Below the pieces are notes generated by a model. The model saw only the letters and a program-made list of their open reading frames with translations. It was not told the origin of the DNA and ran no database searches. From an uncultured Nitrososphaerota archaeon (lineage in GTDB: Archaea > Thermoproteota > Nitrososphaeria > Nitrososphaerales > Nitrosopumilaceae), in contig OY969559.1 of the NCBI GenBank assembly GCA_963701075.1, positions 1,696,001 to 1,760,000 of the forward strand: a stretch of DNA of 64,000 bases. The letters run 5' to 3'. The position numbers and the translations under genes are program-made. Shown here piece after piece: positions 29,591-40,670 of this stretch (its first letter is position 1; each line of letters begins with the position of its first letter).

Positions 29591-29776
29591 TTATCGTTTT
29601 TTCTTCAGCTGTCGAAATCCCAAGAAGATTCCAAGTACGAGATTTATCACTCCAAGTGCAGCAAGAGGAAAACTCGGATTTTTGAAATAAAATATTCCCA
29701 TTGAGAGCCCCCAAGCACCGGCTACAAGAAACATTATCGATATTGCCCTGAGCTTTTGTGGAGATGGATTTGCCAT
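29591..29776 (-). CDS. Small two-TM protein
   Basis: Two hydrophobic helices and a basic C-terminus. Confidence 0.55.
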   Translation of the reverse strand: MANPSPQKLRAISIMFLVAGAWGLSMGIFYFKNPSFPLAALGVINLVLGIFLGFRQLKKKR

Positions 29777-29831
29777 TAGCTTTTGCTGACTTTGACACTA
29801 TTAAAGCATTGAGAATTTTATTTCAGAAAAG

Positions 29832-32336
29832 CTATTGCCCAAATTCTTTTCGTACATTTTTGAGAAACTTTGCATGGATTCTGATCCTTTCAAGACTCTG
29901 AGCAAGTTTCATTTCAGTTCCTGGAACATGGTGTTTTACAAAAAAGATACGAACTTCTTTTTCACGTTCCATGTCTGCCATAACAGATACGCTTCCAATT
30001 ATCCTGTTAAGTAATGGATTACCTACACCAAATTTCTTGACAAGACTTTTCCAGTTCTTTTTAATCCATGGCCATACCAACTCTTTTCCATATGGATTTG
30101 CAACCATCCTTGCAACTGGCATAAAGAGATTCTGCGTCCTTACATCCTTTGATAATGTAAAGGCCAGAGTCTTGACAAGCAGTCGTTCTTCCTTAAAGTT
30201 TGAAAGTGAGCCAAGAAATCTTATCTTCTCTTCCTGTGTGGGCGCCTTGCGGTACAGGCCAACCATTTGTTGATACGTGCCAGGGTTTCCGTCCCATGCA
30301 ACAGTAGAGTATACTGCGCTTCTCAGATCTGGATTTAGCGAGCCTGATCTGAGAGTGTTTGAAAATCTAGACTGGGCCTCTTCCGTTATTTCTTTATCAT
30401 CTAGTTTTGCAAGGGAGCTTATCAGTCCGCTTCTCAATAGTGCATATGTAGGCTTTTCACCCTTGATTTTATCCCAGCCTATCCTTTGGAATACAACATT
30501 CATGAAATATCGATTGAATTCTTTTATCTCATCCCAGAACTTTTCCCCTGAGAGTAAGACATACAAAAAGTTCAGAAATCCAATGATGTCAGATAACACA
30601 ACATAGTCATCTTCTTCTTCGTAATGCCTTACAAAGTCCAGATAGTGCTTGAGAGGGTACTGGTTTGATAGCACCAGGGCAGTCAAGTCATGATGGATGC
30701 TCCAGCGGTCAAGATTTGATATCCTCTTTTCTTCTACTAGCTTTCCTAGTTCATCTAGCACAGCCTCATTGTATCTTACCCTGTAGAATCCCTTCTGGCC
30801 ATCATTTACCTTGAACCATCTGCCAGTATATGGCATAGTGACAGGTCCACGCATCATCTTTGTTACCACTTTATCTTCCATCCTAATTGAGATTGGAATC
30901 ATCCAGTTTCCTGGACGTGACTTGCCGTCATTTTCAAGCAAAAACCTCTTTTGCGATAATTTTATTTTTGAATCAACTGCTGTTGCCTCAATTATAGGAT
31001 ATCCAATCTGCCTTACCCATGTGTTCATCAACTGGCGCACAGGTTTTCTTGATGTAGCGCCCAGAGAATTCCAGAGATCTTCTGTTGTGGCATTAGAGTA
31101 TGCATGTTTTTTGAGATAGCTATGCATTCCCTTTTGGAAATTTTCAGGTCCAATGAAATTCTCTAGCATCATGAGAACGCTTCCTCCCTTATTGTAGCTA
31201 ATCTCGTCAAATATCTGCCGAACCTCTGCAGGACTTTTTACATCAACATCTATTGGATGAGAAGATTTTAGCGAGTCAAGACTTAGCCCTCCTGTCATCT
31301 CCGATATTAGGAATTGGTCCCAGAAATCCCATTCCGGATAAATCTTGTCTACTGCTTTTGTTGCCATAAAAGTAGCAAAGCTTTCGTTAAGCCAGAGATC
31401 GTTCCACCACTTCATGGTAACAAGATTGCCAAACCACTGGTGTGCAATCTCGTGCGCTATTACTTCAGCAATGTGTTGCATTGTATCAGTGGATGATGTC
31501 TTTGGATCATACAATAGTACGGTTTCCCTAAATGTGATTGCCCCCCAATTCTCCATTGCGCCAGAGGCAAAGTCTGGAATTGCTATCATGTCAAGCTTTG
31601 GTAACGGATATGAAATCTTGAAATATTTTTGGAAATATGACAGGAATTGTTTTGTAAATACAAGGGCCATCTTGCCTTGTTCTTTCTTTCCCTTGGTTGT
31701 GACAATTCTAACAAGGGTCTTGCCCAGCTTGCCTTGCAAGAACTCAAACTCTCCCACTGCAAGATACAGAAGATAGGTAGACATTACAGGGGTTGTGTTA
31801 AATCGAAATGATGTTTTTTTGCCAAGTTTCTTCTTTGATACAACAGGCATGTTTGAGAGAGCAGTTAGGTTATTGTCCACTATGAGCGATACATCAAATG
31901 TCGCCTTGGCTTCTGGCTCGTCCCAGCACGGAAACGCGCGCCTTGCATCTGCTGCCTCAAATTGGGTAGTTGCAAGGTGTTTTTCTTTTCCCTTGTACTC
32001 GTATTTGCTCCTGTAAAAACCGACCAGTTTGTCATTTAGCGTGCCTACAAAATTAATCAAAAGTGCAGCCCTTCCAGATATTTTTTCAGGGATATCTAGA
32101 ACAAGTTCCTCATTTTTCTCGTCAAGCCTTACTTTTGCCTTTATCTTTTTTTCATTCCAGAGTACAGTGCAGTCCTGAATATCAAGTTCTGCCGAGTGTA
32201 GAATTATCTGTCGTGTTGGTCTTGATACATTTATGATAATTTTCTCTTTTCCCCTAAACTTGAATCTGTCAAAGTCTGGCTCAAATTCCAGCTCATAGTT
32301 AATTGGTAAAACAGATTTCATAATATTTGGTTCCAA
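29832..32336 (-). CDS. M1 family aminopeptidase (PepN/tricorn-interacting factor-like)
   Basis: GAMENWG, HEIAHQWFGNLVT..WW..LWLNE, TQFE..DARRAFPC.DEP. Confidence 0.95.
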   Translation of the reverse strand: MEPNIMKSVLPINYELEFEPDFDRFKFRGKEKIIINVSRPTRQIILHSAELDIQDCTVLWNEKKIKAKVRLDEKNEELVLDIPEKISGRAALLINFVGTLNDKLVGFYRSKYEYKGKEKHLATTQFEAADARRAFPCWDEPEAKATFDVSLIVDNNLTALSNMPVVSKKKLGKKTSFRFNTTPVMSTYLLYLAVGEFEFLQGKLGKTLVRIVTTKGKKEQGKMALVFTKQFLSYFQKYFKISYPLPKLDMIAIPDFASGAMENWGAITFRETVLLYDPKTSSTDTMQHIAEVIAHEIAHQWFGNLVTMKWWNDLWLNESFATFMATKAVDKIYPEWDFWDQFLISEMTGGLSLDSLKSSHPIDVDVKSPAEVRQIFDEISYNKGGSVLMMLENFIGPENFQKGMHSYLKKHAYSNATTEDLWNSLGATSRKPVRQLMNTWVRQIGYPIIEATAVDSKIKLSQKRFLLENDGKSRPGNWMIPISIRMEDKVVTKMMRGPVTMPYTGRWFKVNDGQKGFYRVRYNEAVLDELGKLVEEKRISNLDRWSIHHDLTALVLSNQYPLKHYLDFVRHYEEEDDYVVLSDIIGFLNFLYVLLSGEKFWDEIKEFNRYFMNVVFQRIGWDKIKGEKPTYALLRSGLISSLAKLDDKEITEEAQSRFSNTLRSGSLNPDLRSAVYSTVAWDGNPGTYQQMVGLYRKAPTQEEKIRFLGSLSNFKEERLLVKTLAFTLSKDVRTQNLFMPVARMVANPYGKELVWPWIKKNWKSLVKKFGVGNPLLNRIIGSVSVMADMEREKEVRIFFVKHHVPGTEMKLAQSLERIRIHAKFLKNVRKEFGQ

Positions 32337-32355
32337 GATACAAGTAATATACCTT

Positions 32356-32853
32356 CTAATGCAGAATATGAAAAAGCCAGTGCAAGAAATGAACGCTCAA
32401 AAATACTATTGCAATTGATTTTACTGTCTTTCCAGTTGTCATCGCAATAGAATATTTTATAATGTTATATTTTTTGGTCCCAGCTATTATGGATACGATA
32501 TCCCCAATTATTGGAATCCAAGGAGAGATAAAAATTACTGTACTCCAACCGTACTTTGTCATTATGTTTACGCTTTTTTGTTCATATTTTGGAGTAGATT
32601 TTCGAAATTTTCCTATCAGCCTTCCCTCGTATCCAAGATAATATGCAATGTAACCACCGATTATAGAGCCAATTGTCAAAACCACAAAGACATGAAACGG
32701 TTTTGCACCTCCCAAAAGCAGAGTCGAGGTGGTGATTTCAGTTGGAATTGGAATAAATGAAGAAAACATCCCATTGAAGAAAAGACCGACAAGACCATAT
32801 TTTATGAACACAGTATCATGAAATATTGCATGTATGACATCCCATAGAACCAT
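32356..32853 (-). CDS. DedA/VTT (YqaA-like) membrane protein
   Basis: PIPTE, G...G....Y.LG, P.IGD....AG. Confidence 0.8.
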   Translation of the reverse strand: MVLWDVIHAIFHDTVFIKYGLVGLFFNGMFSSFIPIPTEITTSTLLLGGAKPFHVFVVLTIGSIIGGYIAYYLGYEGRLIGKFRKSTPKYEQKSVNIMTKYGWSTVIFISPWIPIIGDIVSIIAGTKKYNIIKYSIAMTTGKTVKSIAIVFLSVHFLHWLFHILH

Positions 32854-32868
32854 CGCCTGACCTTTTCC

Positions 32869-33096
32869 TTAGCTCATTTTAAATGAATTGCCATATTTTT
32901 CGTCTTTATCATAAATTGCAATTGAGATTTTTTTGAGAAGTTTCTTCTTTGATTTTTGTGCTTTGGCATCATTGCCATAATCTTTTTGTTCTAAAAGAGT
33001 GTGCAGGCGCTCAAGCTCAACTCTTGAGAGCGCTTGAACTCCCCTGCTCATTATCACTTCCAAAAGCGTTACTCTCTCAAGATCGTCGTTTGACAT
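32869..33096 (-). CDS. Hypothetical protein
   Basis: Clean 75-aa ORF co-oriented with the DedA gene. Confidence 0.6.
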   Translation of the reverse strand: MSNDDLERVTLLEVIMSRGVQALSRVELERLHTLLEQKDYGNDAKAQKSKKKLLKKISIAIYDKDEKYGNSFKMS

Positions 33097-33149
33097 ATAG
33101 AGTAACTACCTCTTTGTTTAATATTTGTCTTGCAGAACAAAGTTCACAA

Positions 33150-33359
33150 TTGCTATACAAGGTAACGGTCTTTTTCCACACGGACTATATCGAGGTAAAA
33201 GACGACAAAATTGAGATAGGAGTAATGTCAAGGCCGCAAAAAGGCAAGGCCAATTCCGAGATTATTAAAAAAATTGCCAAGCATTTTGGGGTCCCTCGTT
33301 CCAATGTCAGGCTAGTTTCAGGAGAAAAATCAAGAAGCAAGATCATCGAAGTAACATGA
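33150..33359 (+). CDS. DUF167/UPF0235 (YggU-like) protein
   Basis: P..GKAN.E.IK.IAK.F.V..S.V.LVSG..SR.K; TTG start inferred. Confidence 0.85.
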   Translation: MLYKVTVFFHTDYIEVKDDKIEIGVMSRPQKGKANSEIIKKIAKHFGVPRSNVRLVSGEKSRSKIIEVT

Positions 33360-33424
33360 CAGGCAGATTGACCAAAAAACCTTCTACGTATAAAATATAA
33401 CGAGGTAAAAACTGCCCTCTTCCT

Positions 33425-34975
33425 GTGAAGAAGAACACAAAAAAGCTTTTTGCTTTTGGTTTTATGGCAATTTTTATAATTTCAACTATTACTGTAGTGG
33501 GAGCAGGTTACTTTCATGGTAACCCGCAACAGACAACCCCCCCAGCTGCCTTGACTGGAACGCCTGAGGACAATTATTCTCCTGACAAGAGAACAACTTT
33601 TTGCCAAAGTCAAAATGATACAGAGTCAACAAAATACATTACCGAGTTTAAGATTCCAACCCTGTGCACACAACCTCTTGCAGTTATCACCGATCCTTCT
33701 GGAAATGTGTGGTTTACCGAAACTAATACTGGAAATATTGGAGAGTTTGTTCCCGCCACGTCTTCATTTCATGAATTTGACAACCCATTATGGCAGAAAG
33801 GAGAGAAATCAATGCTATGGGGAATCTACTATGCCCCTGACGGTAACATTTGGTTTAGTGATTCACAGCACAGCTTGATATGGGAATTTAATACACAATC
33901 AAAGAATTATTCAAGTTTCATATTTCCAAAGACTACAGATCAATCAGAGTCATTTCCTCAGATGCTAAAGCCTGATGGTTCTGATATCATGGTAAATGAC
34001 TTTACGGGGAAAAAAGTTGCCGTTTTCAGTACAGACCAAACTGGTAATGACTTGACTACAACCAATATCATCTCTCCTGGAAATTATAACTTTACAAGCG
34101 ACATGGCAACTGACTCTACAAACAAAATTTGGTATACAGTGTGGAACTATCAGCTGGGAGGTCTTCTTGTAAGCTATAACCCACAGACTTCACAGTTCTC
34201 AAACTATACACTTCCTACTGGAATACTTGCACCAAATGGAATCTCAGTTGGGCCCAATGGCAAGATATGGCTGACAGATACTGCAAGTAGCATGTTTGTT
34301 AGTTTTGACCCACAGTCTCAGCAATTTACGAAATATATCACTGCGCCACCACAACTCTCGACGTATGGCAACGTCTCAGGACTGATAAAGACTCCAATTA
34401 CAAGACCGTATTGGAATCAATTCGATAGTCAAGGAAGGCTTTGGTTCAACGAGCAAGTAGCAAACTCACTAGCAGTATTTGACCCAATAAAAGAATCTCT
34501 TGTAGAATACTTGGTACCGTCAAAGAACCCCAACTGGTCAGATTGCGGTAACCAGACCGATTGTGGAGTGGCCCAAGTGCTCGCTTTTACGGTTGCAGAC
34601 AACAAGGTATGGTTTCCAGAGTGGGTTGAAAATAACATTGGCGTGCTAGACCCAACTGTTCCACTACCACTTGCTCTGAATGCATCTACTACAGTGGTCA
34701 CCCTACACAGAGGTCAGAATGAAACCGTGAATGTTACACTCAGTCCAAATGAGCAGCTAACCAGTACAGTGGATATACTTACACAGCAAACAGCAAATAC
34801 GCAAGACCTTAGCGTTACACCAACCAATCAGACAATTACATTGGATAAACAAAAAACCATACCAGTAAATCTGGCTGCTGACGATTTTGCGCTTTCAGGT
34901 ACATACAAGGTTGTGGTTGCGGCAAGATACCAAGATGTAACAATATCGCAATTCATTACAGTTACCATACAGTAA
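33425..34975 (+). CDS. Membrane-anchored Vgb-lyase-like beta-propeller protein
   Basis: Repeated P....D..G.IW F(T/S/N)E blades; N-terminal TM helix. Confidence 0.8.
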   Translation: MKKNTKKLFAFGFMAIFIISTITVVGAGYFHGNPQQTTPPAALTGTPEDNYSPDKRTTFCQSQNDTESTKYITEFKIPTLCTQPLAVITDPSGNVWFTETNTGNIGEFVPATSSFHEFDNPLWQKGEKSMLWGIYYAPDGNIWFSDSQHSLIWEFNTQSKNYSSFIFPKTTDQSESFPQMLKPDGSDIMVNDFTGKKVAVFSTDQTGNDLTTTNIISPGNYNFTSDMATDSTNKIWYTVWNYQLGGLLVSYNPQTSQFSNYTLPTGILAPNGISVGPNGKIWLTDTASSMFVSFDPQSQQFTKYITAPPQLSTYGNVSGLIKTPITRPYWNQFDSQGRLWFNEQVANSLAVFDPIKESLVEYLVPSKNPNWSDCGNQTDCGVAQVLAFTVADNKVWFPEWVENNIGVLDPTVPLPLALNASTTVVTLHRGQNETVNVTLSPNEQLTSTVDILTQQTANTQDLSVTPTNQTITLDKQKTIPVNLAADDFALSGTYKVVVAARYQDVTISQFITVTIQ

Positions 34976-34979
34976 AGAA

Positions 34980-36181
34980 GTGGTCCCAAAGACTAGATAA
35001 TTTAATTGGAATTTCCATCTATTGTACCAATACACAAGGTACTGGAGGAAAGATACGAACAAGCCAAGACCAATTCTTTGTGTCCGAAGTCTTGCGCGAG
35101 AAGACACTTGCAAAGATTTCACAGTCTGGAAACTATGCAGTCTTTAGGTTAAAAAAATCTGGAATTGATACAAACCATGTACTCTCAGACATATTAAAAA
35201 AACAGGGCTTGCGATTGAAGGCACTTGGCCTAAAGGACGCAAATGCCACAACTGAGCAGTTTGTTTGCGACATGAATGCCTCACGTATGCATGAAAACAT
35301 AACAACAAACAGGTATACACTTGAAAGAATCGGTTTTGTTCAAAAACCTCTTACAAAAAAGGACATGGTTGGAAATCATTTCAAGATCAAGATAGAGGAT
35401 GCGGATTTTGCAAAGATTTCAGGTTTTGACCAGTATGATAAGATTCTAAACTTTTACGGATACCAGAGATTTGGGAGCAGAAGAGCAGTCTCGCATCTCA
35501 TAGGAAAGGCAATGTTGCAGAGAAACTTTGACCTAGCCGTTGAAGTCCTACTTTCATCAACCTCAGAGTATGACTTTCCTGAAAACAACAAGATCAGGGA
35601 GGCGCTCAAGGACAAGGCAAACTATTTAAAAATTTTCGATGACGTGCCTCCACAGATGGATACCGAGAGAGTTGTCCTAAAAGAAATGATAGAGCACGGT
35701 GATGCACTAAAGGCATTGCGTGCCATACCAATATCTCTGAGAAGATTTTTTGTTGAGGCATATCAATCATTTATCTTCAATCGCACTGTCAGCATGGCAT
35801 ACGAAATGGGCGAGAATATGTTAGCGCCACAAGCAGATGATGTGTGTTATGACAGGGACGATAATCTCGGCAGATATCAAAATGATCCAGAACAAAAGCC
35901 TGTCCATACCTCTTGTCGGGTACTCATATTCAAAGAGAAACAGGTTTGACTATCAGATATCAAAGATACTTGGCGAAGAGCAGATGAGCCCAAAAGATTT
36001 CTTTGTAAAAGAGATGCAAGAGATAAGTGGAGAGGGCGGATTCAGGCATGCCGTCATGCTCTGCAGAGATTTTGCATCAAGCCCGCCACATGTAAGTTTC
36101 ACACTTTCAAGAGGCTCGTATGCAACCATGTTGCTAAGAGAGATAATCAAGCCATCTGATCCTGTTGCAGCTGGTTTCTGA
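34980..36181 (+). CDS. truD: tRNA pseudouridine(13) synthase TruD; apparent frameshifts near 34988-34990 and 35899
   Basis: GLKDA.ATT.Q, GNHF.I, NFYGYQRFG, AYQSFIFN, F.L.RGSYAT.LLRE. Confidence 0.88.
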
Positions 36182-36250
36182 GAAAATGTAAAATCAACTG
36201 CCAATTTATCAGCGTCATAATTTTTATTGTCATTTCTCCAACATGCAAAC

Positions 36251-37742
36251 ATGTTCGACAAGTTTTACACCAAAGTAACAAAGGCTCCAGAATTTCCGTC
36301 CAACTTTGACTGGATTAACTCAAACGAGCCTCTCTCACTTGAGAAACTCAGGGGACATGTAATTGTTCTAGACTTTTGGACATATTGCTGCATAAACTGC
36401 ATGCACACACTGCCTGTCTTGGCCCAACTTGAAAGAAAATACGAGGAAAAACCAGTGGTATTCATTGGAGTTCATTCTGCAAAATTTTTCAACGAACAAG
36501 ACAGAAACAACATAGAGCAGGCCGTGAGAAGATACGAGATCTCTCATCCCGTTTTAGTAGATAAGCAGATGACAGTCTGGCAAAAATATGACGTCAGCGG
36601 CTGGCCTACAATTGTAATCATCGACCCAAGCGGCACCATAGTGTACAAGCAATCAGGGGAGGGCCAGAAAGAAGTGATAGAGGATACAATAGATGTACTG
36701 CTAGAAAAATATGGTAAAAGCGGAGATTTTGCCAAGGTGCCAATCAAAATTACTCGTCACATTCCCCAAGACAAGACAACTCTTTCTTATCCCGGCAAAT
36801 TATCCATATCAAATGGCAAGGTAGCAATCTCTGATTCAAATCACAACCGAATTGTCGTGACAGATATGACAGGCAAGATTGAGCACATCATAGGAAGTGG
36901 AAAGATAGGACTGGTCGATGGAAATTTTGCAGACGCCGCGTTTTTCAGGCCGCAGGGAGTGGTTTTCAAAGACAACACAATCTTTGTTGCCGATACTGAA
37001 AACCACGCCATACGAAAGATAGACATGGTTACAAGTAAAGTAACCACAGTTGCAGGTACCGGAAAACAAGGACCTTGGATGTCAAGTGGTGGAAAAGGAA
37101 AAGAGGCATCGCTTTCTTCACCTTGGGATGTCACTGCAAAAGACAATCTCATTTTCATTGCCATGGCAGGAAACCACCAGATATGGACATATGACACCAA
37201 GACAGACATGACATACCCTTTTGCAGGAAATGGTTATGAAAATATCATAGATGGTGACAGGATGAGAGCACAGCTGAGCTCAGCCAAGCGGTCTTTCAAT
37301 ATCGGATGACAGATTATATTTTGCAGATAGTGAAACTTCATCAATTCGCGAGGTAGACCTCCAGTCAGGGTATGTCAGAACAATTGTAGGACAGGGGCTT
37401 TTTTCCTTTGGATACAAAGACGGACATCATGATGAGGCACTCTTCCAGCACCCGCTTGGATTGTGTGCAACATCAAACCAAGTTTTTGTTGCAGACACCT
37501 ACAACTCTGCACTAAGAGCCATAGATTTGAAAAATGAGAATGTGACAACAATAATTGGAAAGCAAGGCATGTCTGGAATTTGTAGACTTGGTGACCCAAG
37601 TTGTGATTCTCTTGGACTCTACGAGCCAAGCGATGTCAAGTTTTACCAAGACAGGCTATACATTTCAGACACCAACAATCATTTGATACGAGTCTATGAT
37701 CTCAAAACAAATGTTCTCAAAACTCTGGAAATTACCAATTAG
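36251..37742 (+). CDS. Thioredoxin-like plus NHL-repeat protein (NHLRC2/SOQ1-like), 1-nt insertion at 37276
   Basis: LDFWTYCCINCMH, GVHSAKF, NHL blades; removing G37276 restores AQLAQPSGLS...ADSETSSIR. Confidence 0.87.
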
Positions 37743-37758
37743 ACCAAAAGATGAAAAT

Positions 37759-38049
37759 CTAATCAAAGAAATCTTTTGGTATGATTTGCTGATTTATTGC
37801 AAAATCCTCGACTTGTTGAAAAGTTACTGTGCCCTTTTTGTATTGTTCCCAGATAAACTCTAGATACTGTATCCTTTCTGGATGTTCCCCGTCTGGAGAT
37901 TTTGGCGATTTTTTTATGACATCGACACACAGTTTCTCAAGATGTGGATACTCGAACTTGTCAAATATAGCACTCAGTTTTTCCACATTCTCGTCTTTTG
38001 GTTTTGTTTTGCCAAAAAGTCCCATACGGCTTGTTAGATATATGGTCAT
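37759..38049 (-). CDS. Hypothetical protein
   Basis: ORF probably starting at MGLFGK. Confidence 0.55.
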   Translation of the reverse strand: MTIYLTSRMGLFGKTKPKDENVEKLSAIFDKFEYPHLEKLCVDVIKKSPKSPDGEHPERIQYLEFIWEQYKKGTVTFQQVEDFAINQQIIPKDFFD

Positions 38050-38184
38050 TTAAAAACTCTAGAATTAATTCCCAATGTACAATAAAATATAGCAAATGAA
38101 CCAAGTCTTCCAAATTTCCATCAAGAACAAAAGAATCCCTCCCATTTCAAGTAAGATTTTAAAGCTGTATTTTGTTACAATACC

Positions 38185-38415
38185 ATGGAAAAAGCATACA
38201 TATTGATTGGCTGCGAACTTGGCGCAGAAGGCGAGATAGTGGAGAAGATAAAACACATGGAGAAGGTCAAGGACGCAAGAGTTGTCTATGGAGATTACGA
38301 CATTGTCGTGGAAGCAGAAGCAAGTACCGATGTCCAGTTGGATAACCTAATTACAAAGAAGATAAGAAAGATGGAAAAGGTCAGGTCAACTATGACCTTG
38401 GGCGTCGTAAGCTAA
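38185..38415 (+). CDS. Stand-alone Lrp/AsnC ligand-binding (RAM) domain protein
   Basis: AYILI.C..G, VYG.YDIV, KIR....VRST.TL. Confidence 0.88.
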   Translation: MEKAYILIGCELGAEGEIVEKIKHMEKVKDARVVYGDYDIVVEAEASTDVQLDNLITKKIRKMEKVRSTMTLGVVS

Positions 38416-38695
38416 TTCCAATTCCAAATACAACAATTCCCGTACCTGCAGCAGCTATCACTCCGCCGTTTACAATCCATTTGGGATTAGAGTACATAAA
38501 AGACGAATGTGGTCCTACAATTGAATTTCCCTGTAAAAAGAAGATTATGCCAAAGGCTGCAATGATGGCGCCTATCCCTATCAGTGGAATCCCCACACTG
38601 CGTGCTTTAGAAAGTTTTCCTCTACTCCTCATGTAAAAGTATGCGATAACAACTGCCGCAATTGCGACGCCAACTATGATTGTACTTGCCGGCAT
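38390..38695 (-). CDS. Small membrane protein
   Basis: Three TM segments; QG...VGP.SSFMY.NP.W motif. Confidence 0.65.
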   Translation of the reverse strand: MPASTIIVGVAIAAVVIAYFYMRSRGKLSKARSVGIPLIGIGAIIAAFGIIFFLQGNSIVGPHSSFMYSNPKWIVNGGVIAAAGTGIVVFGIGISLRRPRS

Positions 38696-38883
38696 TATTG
38701 ATTCACAGGTTTATTACTATTAAGTGGTGATAAGCGTAGCAGATCCAAATTTAAGAACAAAGAGGCAACAATGATTGCGTCTATCCCCATAGTCCCTACT
38801 CTCAGGGTGTGATGCAGTACACTATTGATAAAAGACAAAATGAGTTGATAAAATAGACAAAATCATTTGGATTTCTTTCTTTA

Positions 38884-39603
38884 ATGAGCTTTCATAAAAC
38901 AAATCTAAGATTGGACGAGTGGGGACCTGACCTATTTGAGCTTGGACACAAAAGAAGCTGGTTTGATATCGGCATCTTTGCCGGAGCAGCAGCGCTCTCA
39001 ATACTAGTTTCCGTGGTATATGGCACTGTCATTAACCAAGCCATCGGACAGTCGCCAATCATTGTTGACTTGATGTTCATTCCGTCTTTTCTCATTGGCC
39101 TGCTTTATGGAGTAAAGATGGCAGAACGTGTAATGTCTCCTGCAGCACCCCGAAGTCCAGTCAGGAGAGGGATAATCAAGATATTTTTGTTCATATTCAT
39201 GATGGGTTCGATATTCACATCTGTTTCATTTGCGCTTCATGGAGGAGCTCATCCTCCAGAGAATTCCATTTTAAAAGAAGGAGTGATAAAGTGGATAAAC
39301 GAGTTCGTCCAGGCAAATGGAGGACTGACATTTCTAATAGTATCAAGTATTACCATGATGGCTGCTGCAACTAAGCGCATAGTTGGAATGGATGGTCTTC
39401 TAAGTAAGGTTTTCACATTTGTTGGAACGTATATTTTCTTTACAATGATTGCCTTGAGTCTAACACATAGCGACCCTACCCATTCCCAGGTGTACTTGTA
39501 TGCATGCTACCAAGCAGGAATAGTTGGCGGAATATTTTACCAGGTTAACAAGTTTACCACGCGCTCAAACATGTGGGAAGACTATAACAATGGATTCTGC
39601 TAG
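38884..39603 (+). CDS. Multi-pass membrane hypothetical protein
   Basis: About six TM helices. Confidence 0.65.
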   Translation: MSFHKTNLRLDEWGPDLFELGHKRSWFDIGIFAGAAALSILVSVVYGTVINQAIGQSPIIVDLMFIPSFLIGLLYGVKMAERVMSPAAPRSPVRRGIIKIFLFIFMMGSIFTSVSFALHGGAHPPENSILKEGVIKWINEFVQANGGLTFLIVSSITMMAAATKRIVGMDGLLSKVFTFVGTYIFFTMIALSLTHSDPTHSQVYLYACYQAGIVGGIFYQVNKFTTRSNMWEDYNNGFC

Positions 39604-40115
39604 ATCTTTTGGTATCGCATAGTCAGAAACAAGATTCCAAAAGATGCGGCCATTATCATTGGAACAATTCCTGAAAACTCTGGCAGGTATGTTGTTCCTG
39701 TTATGTCAGTTTCCACCTTGCCAGTTTGGTTAAACTTTAAGATTATAGTAGTAAGATTATTGGCGTTCCTCAGCACGATGGGGTGAAGTTGCGTTCCGTT
39801 CTGAAAAGTAGTATAGTTTCCGCCAATGAGGTTAGTTGGTATATCTATTTCGGCAATGTTTCCAGTGTGAGAACTGTTGCCAATAAATGCCAATGTCTTG
39901 GTATTGTTGTTAAATGTTACATTTTGCATATCATAGTTTGATGTAGTGACTACTGTAAAGATCCACTGGCTTGCCTTGATTGGCCATTCCCATTTTATTC
40001 CAGGGTGGTAAAGTTTGAGATGCTGTGGATTTGTCTGACCAAAGGCCTGTGTTGAGAATAATACAGATGATATACCTAGAACAAGTACAAGCGCTAAGAA
40101 AAGAGCTGCCTTCAA
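39600..40115 (-). CDS. PEFG-CTERM-like surface protein
   Basis: Signal peptide; EI.IP..L..G; C-terminal ITGT..LPEFS + TM helix. Confidence 0.75.
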   Translation of the reverse strand: MKAALFLALVLVLGISSVLFSTQAFGQTNPQHLKLYHPGIKWEWPIKASQWIFTVVTTSNYDMQNVTFNNNTKTLAFIGNSSHTGNIAEIDIPTNLIGGNYTTFQNGTQLHPIVLRNANNLTTIILKFNQTGKVETDITGTTYLPEFSGIVPMIMAASFGILFLTMRYQKI

Positions 40116-40570
40116 TTCTTCAGGCCAGCGATTTTGCCGCGCATTTCTCTGTCGGTAGATATTCTTGGATGCGACGGATCAGCCAGTATAATTTCATACC
40201 ACAAATAGACACCGTCTTGGTAAAGATAGTATGAACCGAGAAGTTTCATGTTTGGAAATCTTTCTAAAACTCTGCGTTCTGCCACTCTTTGCATGCTAAG
40301 TGCAGGCTTTATTCGTAGTACACCAAGATGTTTTGGCCTTCTTCCTGCAACAGGTCTCTTTTTGCGCATGTTTCCTCTGCCCACGCGCATCCTTACTACT
40401 GCTATACCCTGCTTTGCCTTGTATCCAAGTTGTCTTGCTTTGTGTAACCTGCTTGGCCTGTCAATTCTTTCCAGGGCGTGCTGCTTTCTCCATTCCACAG
40501 CCTTTGCTCTAAGCTCAGGTGAATTTTCTTTCCACATCTTAAGCCATACCTGTTCCTGGTGACCTACCAT
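40112..40570 (-). CDS. rpl15e: 50S ribosomal protein L15e
   Basis: P.RL.KAR.LGYKAKQG....R.RV, GRRPK, VAE.R, LGSY, YEIIL.DP.HP.I. Confidence 0.93.
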   Translation of the reverse strand: MVGHQEQVWLKMWKENSPELRAKAVEWRKQHALERIDRPSRLHKARQLGYKAKQGIAVVRMRVGRGNMRKKRPVAGRRPKHLGVLRIKPALSMQRVAERRVLERFPNMKLLGSYYLYQDGVYLWYEIILADPSHPRISTDREMRGKIAGLKN

Positions 40571-40670
40571 ATACCCCGCACTACTAAATTCCCCCTTAAT
40601 ATTCTGTTACAACAACCCATGCATACCAAGTTTCAAAACCCTATTATGAAATTGAATTGTTGCAAATTCT

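Noticed and set aside
38740-38830. Possible small RNA (short ccct/aggg hairpin) between divergent genes
   Set aside because: The stem is very short and no complete C/D or H/ACA box set is visible.
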